From Octopus bimaculoides (taxonomy: Eukaryota), in contig NC_068985.1 of NCBI RefSeq assembly GCF_001194135.2, forward strand, positions 9,469,624 to 9,511,630: a stretch of DNA of 42,007 nucleotides. Reading direction: 5' to 3'. The notes beneath the pieces were generated by a model. It worked only from the letters and a program-made list of their open reading frames with translations, ran no database searches and was not told the DNA's origin. Every line of letters begins with the position of its first letter. The stretch's first letter is position 1. Shown in pieces: positions 1 to 9,828 of this stretch. A program made the translations under genes and the position numbers.

Positions 1-463
1 TATGACACACACAAGACACTATGACACACACAAGACACTATGACACACACAAGACACTATGACACACACAAGACACTATGACACACACAAGACATTATGA
101 CACACACAAGACACTATGACACACAGAAGTCACTATGACACACAGAAGTCACTAAGACATACACAAGTCACTAAGACACACACAAGACACTGAGACACAA
201 ACAAGACACTGACACACACAAGATACTATGACACACACAAGACACTATGACACACACAAGACACTATGACACACACAAGACACTATGATACACACAAGAC
301 ACTATGACACACACAAGACACTATGACACACACANNNNNNNNNNCACTATGACACACACAAGACACTATGACACACACAAGACACTATGACACACACAAG
401 ACACTATGACACACACAAGACACTATGACACACACAAGACACTAAGACACACACAGGACACTA
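1..463. repeat. 19-bp minisatellite (GACACTATGACACACACAA)n, about 24 units, runs off the left edge
   Basis: Direct reading; variant units around 118-200; short N gap near 334-344. Confidence 0.95.
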
Positions 464-471
464 TCCCTATA

Positions 472-591
472 GTATTTTTCGATGTTGTTGTTATTATTAT
501 TATTATTATTATTCAGGTCACTGCCTGGGATCGAACTCAGGATCTTGGGGTTAGTAGCCCACACTCTTAACCACTACGCCATACGCCCATG
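472..591 (-). mobile_element. tRNA-headed SINE family A, head plus (TAA)n, 3'-truncated before the ribozyme
   Basis: Minus strand ATGGGCGTATGGCGTAGTGG (A box)...GAGTTCGATCCC (B box)...(AAT)n-CATCGAAAAATAC, as in the 9899-10132 copy. Confidence 0.8.
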
Positions 592-742
592 GGTTAAGAG
601 CGTGGGCTACTAACCCCAAGATTCCAAGTTCGATTCCAGGTAGTGACCTGAATAACAATAATAATAACAATAATAATTATAACAACATCGAAAAATACCT
701 TGGGATGAGAGCAAATATCCGTCAAATGTAAATAATGTATAA
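592..742 (+). mobile_element. SINE family A copy, 5'-truncated, with an internal deletion removing the hammerhead segment
   Basis: GGTTAAGAGC...GTTCGATTCC...(AAT)n CATCGAAAAATACC...ATGAG joins directly to CAAATATCCGTCAAATGTAAATAATG; the 18089 copy has about 100 bp between two ATGAG motifs here. Confidence 0.75.
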
Positions 743-879
743 TTTCTTTTCTTTTGTCATTTTAATTTCTTATTACACTCCATACTCAAGCTAATGCTTT
801 ATTCTGAAGCATATGTATATTGAGTTTTAACACCAGGTTATTAGTATCTTTATGCCTAACCAAAATGATGAAATATCAG

Positions 880-1325
880 CATCGTCATCATCATCGTTGT
901 TTAACTTCCGCTTTCCATGCTGGCATGAGTTGGACGGTTTGACCAATGGCTGGCAAGCCAGGAGGCTGTACCAGGCTCCAATCCGATTTGGTAAAGTTTC
1001 TACAGTTGGATGCCCTTCCTAACGCCAACCACTCTGAGAGTGAAGTGGGTGCTTTTTACGTGCCACCGACTCGAGGGCCAGTAAAACAGTACTGGCATCG
1101 ACCATGCCTGACTGGTGCTTTTTACGTGCCACCAGCACGGGAGCCAGTCAGGCACTACTGGCATCGACCATGCTTGAATGGTGCTTTTTACGTGCCACCA
1201 GCACGGGAGCCAGTCAGGCGGCACTGGCAATGACCATGCTTGAATGGTGCTTTTTACGTGCCACCAGTACGGGAGCCAGTCAGGAGGCACTGGCATTGAC
1301 CACACTCGAATGGTGCTTTTTACAT
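880..1325 (-). mobile_element. RTE 3'UTR repeat (family C) with about 4 tandem 66-bp units
   Basis: (CAT)n GTTTAAC...GGATGCCCTTCCTAACGCCAACCACTC then 66-bp units; explains the repetitive ORFs at 946-1382. Confidence 0.8.
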
Positions 1326-1787
1326 GCATATGTGTGTGTGTGTGTGTGTATTTTTGTATCCATATTTCCTTGCTTATGGTAGAAGTAAGGTTTAGTTTTT
1401 ATTTCAGCCGTATTATGCCAATGATCCTTGCAAGGAAGANNNNNNNNNNNNNNNNNNNNNNNNNNNNNNNNNNNNNNNNNNNNNNNNNNNNNNNNNNNNN
1501 NNNNNNNNNNNNNNNNNNNNNNNNNNNNNNNNNNNNNNNNNNNNNNNNNNNNNNNNNNNNNNNNNNNNNNNNNNNNNNNNNNNNNNNNNNNNNNNNNNNN
1601 NNNNNNNNNNNNNNNNNNNNNNNNNNNNNNNNNNNNNNNNNNNNNNNNNNNNNNNNNNNNNNNNNNNNNNNNNNNNNNNNNNNNNNNNNNNNNNNNNNNN
1701 NNNNNNNNNNNNNNNNNNNNNNNNNNNNNNNNNNNNNNNNNNNNNNNNNNNNNNNNNNNNNNNNNNNNNNNNNNNNNNNNNNNNNNN

Positions 1788-2194
1788 ACCAATCACTGAC
1801 GTCCATTCAGCCGATATACATTAAGTGCCGACTACATAAACAAACGATTCTGAAACAATTAACCCTAACCCTAAAGTTAGGGTTAGGGTTAGGGTTAGGG
1901 TTAAAGCAAATTTAAAATGAAAAAAGCAAATAAAACGAAGGTATGGAGATTAAATACGCTTTACATCGCTTAATCAGCCAAAGGAGTAAATATAAACAAC
2001 TGAATACTTGTCAGTGATTGGTTGAAATTATCGAAATAAGACAATTTTTTACATGAAATAAATTTGAATACAAAAATATTTTTCTGTTCTATAACACAAA
2101 ATAGATAAGTATACGAAGTTTGAAAGTCTTTCCGTACCAAAAACACTACGTAAAACATTAATGAAAAATGTGGCCCCCGTTTTAAAATAGATCC
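1788..2194. mobile_element. Second copy of the GG...CC MITE family (left end in N gap)
   Basis: 2010-2194 nearly identical to 18845-19031; ends TTTTAAAATAGATCC; carries a (TTAGGG)4 tract. Confidence 0.85.
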
Positions 2195-2591
2195 TATTCT
2201 TCTTAGACATGGAATGTTGAATAACTAAGTGGATTCAAACAGGAAATAAGCTTAGAAAGGCAGCGACACCACCAACACCACCATCAGTGGCGGCAGTGGC
2301 GGCGGCGTGGTGGTGGTGGTGTGTGAGTGGGAGGGTGGTAGTAGTGTGGGTGGGTTGTAGTGGTGTGGGTGGATTGTGGTGGTTTTGTGGGTGGGTGATG
2401 TTGGTAGGGTGGGTGGTGGCAGCAATAGCAGTGGTGGAAGCGGGAGAATATCAGAAATAAAACCAACCACAAGAGCACAGTAAGAACAAGTACAAGAGAA
2501 GCAGCAGCAACAACAACAACAACAGTAATAGCAAAATTTACCCCCTATACAATGTTTTTAACTAAACATCACATTAATCCTATTCACTAAT

Positions 2592-2809
2592 ATTGATTTC
2601 AAATTTTAGCACAAGGCCAGCAATTTTAGGGGTATTGGGTAAGTCGATTACATCAACCCCAGTGTGTAACTGGTACTTATTTTATCGACCTCCAAGAAAA
2701 TGAAAAGCAAAGTCGGCCTCAGTGGAATTTGAACTCAGAACATAAAGATGGATGAAAGGCCACTAAGTATCTTGCCTGGGTATGCTAACAATTCTACCAG
2801 CTCGTTACC
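2592..2809 (-). mobile_element. tRNA-derived SINE family D
   Basis: B box GAGTTCAAATTCC; core GACTTTGCTTTTCAT...GTCGATAAAATAAGTACCAG; aligns with 17091-17310. Confidence 0.78.
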
Positions 2810-2842
2810 ATCATCCTATTCGTTAATATTAAATAATGAGAT

Positions 2843-3062
2843 AAGGTGGTGAGCCGGTAGAATTGTTACCATGTCGAGCAATTTTGCTTAGCAGCATTTC
2901 GGCTGTCTTTATATACGAAGTTCAAATTCCAACAAGGTTGACTTTGCTGTTCATACTTTCAGGGTCGATAAAATAAGTACCAGTTGAATACTGGGGGCCA
3001 ATGTAATCGACTTACTCCCTGCCCTGTAAATTGTTGGCCTTGTGCCAAAATTTGAAACCATT
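2843..3062 (+). mobile_element. SINE family D, head-to-head with the previous copy
   Basis: AAGGTGGTGAGCCGGTAGAAT...GTTCAAATTCC...GGCCTTGTGCCAAAATTTGAAAC. Confidence 0.8.
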
Positions 3063-3212
3063 GTTAACGGTTATATTGTACAGTAGAAACTTGCAGTATG
3101 ACTGCACCATTGTATGAACCGAGACACGTGCAAATTTTTGTCTTGAAGTACAAATGGAAATCCGCAGTACGAGCACACAAATCATCCCATCTTTAAGTTA
3201 ATTTGATCATTA

Positions 3213-3665
3213 ACATCATCGTTTAACATCCTCTTTCCATGCTGGCATGGGTTGGAGTGTTTGACTGAGGACTGGCAAAAGCCAGGAGGCTGCACCAGGC
3301 TCCAATCTGATCTGGCAATGTTTCTACAGCTGGATGCCCGTCCTAATGCCAACCACTCTGAGAATGTAGTGAGTGCATTTTGTGCCACCGGCATGGGAGC
3401 CAGTCAGGAGGCACTGGCATTGACCACGCTCAAATGGTGCCTTTTACATGCCACCAGCATGGAAGCCAGTCAGGAGGCGCTGGCATCGACTACACTCAAA
3501 TGGTGCCTTTTACATGCCACCAGCACAGGAGCCAGTCAGGAGGCGCTGGCATCGACCACGTTCAAATTGTGCTTTTTACATGTCACCGGCACAGGTGCCA
3601 GTCAGGCGACACTGGCATCTGCCACAATTACGATTTCGCTTGACTCAACAAGTCTTCTCAAGCAC
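3213..3665 (-). mobile_element. Family C (RTE 3'UTR) with about 4 66-bp units
   Basis: Same body; 3620-3665 matches the UTR part of the 31305-31942 copy. Confidence 0.8.
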
Positions 3666-4544
3666 AAAAACCAGTTTACATATTTCTTTTGCATTCTCTT
3701 GTTTTATAATTGTTATCTTACTTATAAGTACACCTTTTCTGTTTTAAAACCCATAAAAATGTATTTCTGAGTAGTTTTGCGAGGCTGGAACGGATTAATT
3801 ATATTTTAGTTAATTTCAATGGAGAAAATTAATTTGCAAGACGAGCTTGGTCATGGAATGAATAAAACTCGTACTGCAAGGTATCACTGTACATTCAAAA
3901 AACAAAAACAAAAAAAGAAAAAAAAAAATGACAAAGTAACTACAATGCATTTTAAATTATTTGCAAATTCCTCAAACAGTAAATTACAATTATAATATTG
4001 TAGACAGTTTTTATTGGAAGCAGGGAGGATTCTGAATGGATCTTAATAAGATGAAATTATAAAACACTAATAAACATTTTATTGTCCTGTCTACTGGAAT
4101 GGAATCTAATTGCTTTACAACAAGGTCAGGTCATATTAATGCCAATTTGGCCTTCTGGAATTGAATTCACTAACCTTTACTGATTCACAATCTAAAGACA
4201 GGATGAAGTTATTATCAGCAATAAGAATTCCATTAATTAGGAATCAAACCTAAGGCAAGTGTAGCTATACATGTCACCTTGTAAGTATATAGAGCAATGT
4301 GTGGAGAGGAAAGCAAAATGCTGACCTTAGAAACAAAATGGTCTGGTAGCTTTATTCATTCAGCTTTTATGTTATTATTAGATAACAAAAGTATTCTCTT
4401 CTTCGCCAAAGTATTGATTTTTTTTATGTGAATGATGAGGAAATTAATTTGTCTGGTGGAGAAGATTTAGCTAGCATGCACTTGTTGATGAAATGTTAGA
4501 TTTCAAAGCAATGTTGCATATAGATTGATAATGACAAAAATATC

Positions 4545-4737
4545 ATCATCATCATCATCATCACTTAACATCTGCTTCCCATACTGGCATGGGTTGGATG
4601 GTTTGACAGGAGCTGGGGCATCAGAGAACAGCATCAAGCTCTACTCTCTGTTTTGGCATAGTTTTTACGGCTGAATGCCCTTACTAACACCAATCACTTT
4701 ACAGAGTGGTACCAAGTGCTTATTACAAAACACCAGC
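4545..4737 (-). mobile_element. Family C fragment
   Basis: (CAT)n CTTAACATCTGC...TGGCATGGGTTGG. Confidence 0.7.
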
Positions 4738-4750
4738 AAGGTTAAACATT

Positions 4751-5522
4751 CCATAAATCCTCAAGTATAATCCACATTTTTTCTCCAAAATTTAAAGGTC
4801 AAAATCCCTAGTGCATACTATATACGAGGTTAAAATGAAAATTATTTTCTAAGCAATGTCCGAGTCTCTATTTGCTGTCCGGCAATGTTTATTCAGACGC
4901 ATTTTCTGATGTCGGGCGCGAAAATACCTTAAGCTAAGCCTGAAAGCAATGAAGTCATGAAAGAATCATCCATAACTTGCAGTAAGCAACATTTATTAAA
5001 ATAGAAGTGTTGTATATTGTCTGCACTGGATGGTACTCAGGATGATGTTGTATGGCAAGATGAAATAAATGAAGGTGAATCTTCTGATGATGGAGATTTA
5101 CACTACAATGATGCTGACATGCTTACGGAGGAACAAATGGGACAGTTATTTGATGCTGAAAGTGACGTTGAATTTGAAAGATTTGAATAAACGTTTTTGC
5201 TTTTGTAACTGATGGTGATAAATATGTAAAGGCAATTTACTTAATATTTATTTTTCACTGACGTTATTACTGTTATTTCTTTATTTTCTGCAAACAAAGT
5301 GCACAAAAAAGCTGCACATTTGCATAATGTTATATATACAATAATAATAAAGGACGTTACCGTATATATGTTTACAAACCAAGGACGTTATATAGACCTC
5401 CTTGACTCAAGTTAGAGAAGGGGTGCGTATTATACACAAGGTTTAGGTTTTTCCTAGGTACAGCCCCCTAAAAATCCCCTGCATATTATACTCAAGGGCG
5501 GACTATACTTGAGGATTTATGG
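4751..5522 (+). mobile_element. pogo/Tc2-type (Tc1/mariner superfamily) non-autonomous deletion derivative
   Basis: 23-bp TIR CCATAAATCCTCAAGTATA(A/G)TCC; TA on the right, TT on the left; 5005-5190 encodes the pogo-type acidic C-terminus KCCILSALDGTQDDVVW...LFDAESDVEFERFE*. Confidence 0.82.
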
Positions 5523-6153
5523 TACTTAAAACATGGGGTGCAATGTGATTGTGCCATATCTTCCAAAATAGAAAACATTTTTGATGCAAGCCATAATTCA
5601 AAGTTTGGGAGTTATACCATGATATTTTTAGGGACTTTAAATTTGTTCTGTTCTCTTAATAGTAAAATAGAAAATAACTTCAGGGGATTAGCTCCAACGT
5701 GAAGACATTAAGAAGAGAGAGACATCTTTCCCTGGCTGGGATATAGGCAACATTCTTGGATTATTTCAAACACACTGCAGACCATGGAACTTTCTGAATG
5801 GCACACCAACGAAATTCACCCTACATTTTTTTAGTAGTGCAGCCTACTTGGTGATAAGTTTGAACCGTCTCTCAACAACTAAGTGGATTAAGACCATCTG
5901 GAATAAAAGATTCTTGCAGTAGGTTTCAGCTCAAGACCCATAAGCAGATTTTTATTGTTAGGAAGTCCAAAATGAGAAACCGTATCCTCAAAACGCACAT
6001 AAGTCTTTCACAATGGTTCGATATCGTTGTGGTTGTTTAGCTAAGGTCAGTCCTGATCAATAGATCAAAGACATTCAAACTGTGACCATTCTGTGGTTTA
6101 TTTTTTAAGGTGTTCTTTAAATACAGATTAATGATGAAATATCGTTAACTTAC

Positions 6154-6240
6154 CGATCAAAGGAATCTAGAGCCATATCATAAAAAAAGCGTATCATCAA
6201 ACAAGCTGATTGAAGTGTCAAAGGTAGAAGATGCTTGGTT
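6154..6240 (-). CDS. WDFY3: WDFY3 exon 15 (87 nt): [30 protein letters not shown]
   Basis: Acceptor tgtttttcag|A, donor GATCG|gtaagt; phase 2 to 2; aligns with the Y.VA.DSFD segment. Confidence 0.88.
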
Positions 6241-8200
6241 CTGAAAAACAGAGAAAATAGGAATCAGACACCAGTCAATGGCATGAAGTAAAATGGTAAC
6301 TAGAAAGTTTAACCCTTTAGTATCCAGCTCGTCTAAACTGGACAAATCTAGCCTTTCACACCTACCCTACAATGTTATTCTAAAGAGAAAAAAAAAACCA
6401 ATCATCATCATCATCATCGTTTAACGTCCGCTTTCCATGCTAGCATGGGTTGGACGATTTGACTGAGGACTGGCAAACCAGATGGTTACACCAGGCTCCA
6501 ATATGATTGGGCAGAGTTTCTACAGCTGGATGCCCTTCCTAATGCCAACCACTCTGAGAGTGTAGTGGGTGATTTTTACGTGCCACCAGCATGAGGGCCA
6601 GTCACACGGTACTGGCAACGGCCTCGCTCAAAAACGTGCTTTTTACGTGCCACCTGCATGAGAGCCAGTCCAGCGGCACTGGCAACGACCTCGCTCGAAT
6701 GATTTTCTAACGTGCACAAAAATCTCAAAGATACACGATAATACTTGATTAATTCAAAATAAGGTGAATAAGTAAGCATTATATTTGGCAGAATAACCTG
6801 ATTGTCAAAGAGTTAATGGTTTATTGATATACGTGGAAATATGATGACTGAGGAATTTGCAGTTCCACCATGATTTATATTTGGAAAGAAATTTCGATAA
6901 AATACCAGACAATACATGATCTGAATGACTAAATTAATCATTTGAAATCAATTTGTCTCACATTAATTAATCTATCTTCTGAATAGAAAAGCAATCTATT
7001 GTATGTAACTTGCTGAGAAGTTCTGGTAATTATTCACTATAGTTAAGAGAATATAGGCACTTAAAATAAAGTCTGCTCCCCAGACAATAAAATTCTTTGC
7101 GCTTGTTTGGATTTTCGAAATGTTTCACTAGTTCAATTCTTGATCCTGTCAATCATTTGTTTCTACTGAATAAGACTATTTTCTCAGAAGGTGTTGCTGA
7201 AAATACAAAGCAAGATCAAACCTAAGATTATGTAATCATAAGATGATTCTATTAACCATGCAGCCAGCCAAAGTAGTTATTGCCTCACATTTTAGAATCA
7301 GAAGTAACTAAACCCTTCCGTTACTGTATTTATTTTGAGATGCTCTGTGTTTCTTGCGATTAGTTTAGATATAACAAAGAATTTAGTAAAGTAATTTCGT
7401 TATCATTAAGCTAGTTTTTTAGGAACATAAATTGTGACGAAGATTTGGTGGAAGATTTGAATTCAAAACCTATGGAAACAAAACATTTGAACTACAGAGC
7501 CAGAGCTGGTTTCAGCCGGGTTGGTAACAAAAGGGTTAACAGAATGTATATTGCTTTTTTATTTACTTTCTCTTAAGAATAAGGTTAGAATGAGAATTGT
7601 AATGTTTATAATTTTCACAGGTGTATTAATGATAAAAAAAGAAGTGGAAAATCTAAAACTGAAAACCAAAACCATTGAGAGATCACAGCTTTTGTATTAC
7701 GGACATATTAGAATGTTGTAGGAAAGAATCACAAGAATGATTCTTGAAGCCAAGCGAATAAGCAGGGGACCAAGGGGTAGAACAAAAACAAGATGACTGG
7801 ATAATATCCATAATCTCAGTTGATCATGTTTGGGAATCCAACTGGAAAGTCCAATAATGGTTGGTTCTCATAGGACTCTATAGAGGAGGGGCTTGAGGTC
7901 TCTAACTCCATGACCCTTTTAGGAATAGCGGGCAGAGAAGATGGATGGATAGACAGATGGCTGGATAGACAGATAGATGGATGGATATAACGTTAAATAA
8001 ATTATTCAAGGATCTTTTAAAAATATATTTGCAGGTGTAGGAGTGGCTGTGTGGTAAGTAGCTTGCTTACGAACCACATCGTTCCGGGTTAAGTCCCACT
8101 GCGTGGCACCTTGAGCAAGTGTCTTCTACTATAGCCTCATGCCTCATGCTGACCAAAGACTTGTGAGTGGATTTGGTAGACAGAAACTGAAAGAAGCCAG

Positions 8201-8244
<44 letters not shown>

Positions 8245-9792
8245 GTATGTATATGTTTGTGTGTCTGTGTTTGTCCCACCCACCCAACATCGCTTGACAA
8301 CCGATGCTGGTGTGTTTACGTCCCCCGTAACTTAGCGGTTTGGCAAAAGGGACCAATAGAATAAATACTAAGCTTACAAAGCATAAGTTGATTTGCTCGA
8401 CTCAAGGTGGTGCTCCAGTATGGCCACAGTCAAATGACTGAAACAGGTAAAAGAGTAAAAGAGTGTTCTCATCACTGTCTACCATTTAACAGAAAACAAC
8501 AACAAAGAAAAAGATGAAATCTTACTTGCTGTCTTTAACATCATTGAAGAAATCCTCAAAAATGGCAATGGATTCTGGGATAGACTGGATTTCTTCTTGA
8601 TTTGTTTCTTCTGAATCTGGTAGAATGTCAATGGTATTGGAAAAGCAGCCAAGCAGACGTGCAGCTTCTGTTAAACTATCATACCGAACCTAGAAATGGA
8701 AAGAGAGATGTGTGAGGAGAAAAAGAAAACCAAAAAAAAAACATTGATTACAACATAAAAATAATCATATTTTCTAGAATACGAGTGGAATTTTCCAGAC
8801 CAAAATTTACAGCCATCACGGGGTAAGTCAACTTATACACCAAAACAATTTTGAAGGACCAAAAATTCCATGGATTCACAGGATTCAGAGAGGTAGCGAC
8901 AATATTTGAGTCTTTACACAACAAACTATTGGTATGCTGGGAAATACAACATGCAGCAAACAAACAAAAAAAATCCTCTTAAGAAAAAAAAAATGGTAAA
9001 AAGACAAAAATTATTTAAAATCCTTGATTATATTTACCTCAGTTGAGAAGAATTTTGCATTTGCAGGTTCATATCGCATGGCAACTGTTAGGGTACTGAA
9101 AACTGTTTTTAACATGGTCAAAATTTCTTCTCTGTCAACTAAAAAGATACAAAACACAACATTAACCATTTTGTTACCAACCTGGCTGAAACTGGCTCTG
9201 AAGTAGAAATGTTCTTGTTTTCATAAGTTTTGAATTAAAATCTTCCACCAAACCTTAGTCACAATTTATGTTCTTAACACTAGCTGAATGATAACTAAGT
9301 TATATTACTAAATTCTTTGTTATATTTAAAATTAATTGAATGAAACACAGAGTATCTCAAAATAAATACAGTAACAAAAGGCTTAGACACCAGGATATTT
9401 TTAACCCTTTTGTTACCAGCCTGGCTGAAACTGGCTCTATAGTACAAATGTCTTTGTTTTCATAAGTTCTGAATTAAAATCTTCCACCAAACCTTAGTCA
9501 CAATTTATGTTCCTAACACTAGCTTAATGATAACTAAGTTATTTTACTAATTTCTTTGTTATATTTAAAATTAATTGANNNNNNNNNNNNNNNNNNNNNN
9601 NNNNNNNNNNNNNNNNNNNNNNNNNNNNNNNNNNNNNNNNNNNNNNNNNNNNNNNNNNNNNNNNNNNNNNNNNNNNNNNNNNNNNNNNNNNNNNNNNNNN
9701 NNNNNNNNNNNNNNNNNNNNTCAAAGGTCATGCTTCACCACCCCATCCCATGTCTTCCTGGGTCTACCTCTTCCACAGGTTCCTTCCACAGT

Positions 9793-9828
<36 letters not shown>

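Noticed and set aside
946-1382. Repetitive 22-aa-period ORFs and a possible CRISPR-like array
   Set aside because: Contiguous 66-bp tandem units in a LINE 3'UTR, with no unique spacers and no cas genes, in a eukaryotic intron.
1244-1915. Long ORFs spanning N runs (also 9534-9946, 22858-23889, 36149-36771)
   Set aside because: Open only because N codons contain no stops.
1-6153. Next WDFY3 exon after ...DSFDR
   Set aside because: No phase-2 exon with WDFY3-like sequence found by eye; it presumably lies left of the window or in the 1440-1787 gap. A small divergent exon could have been missed.
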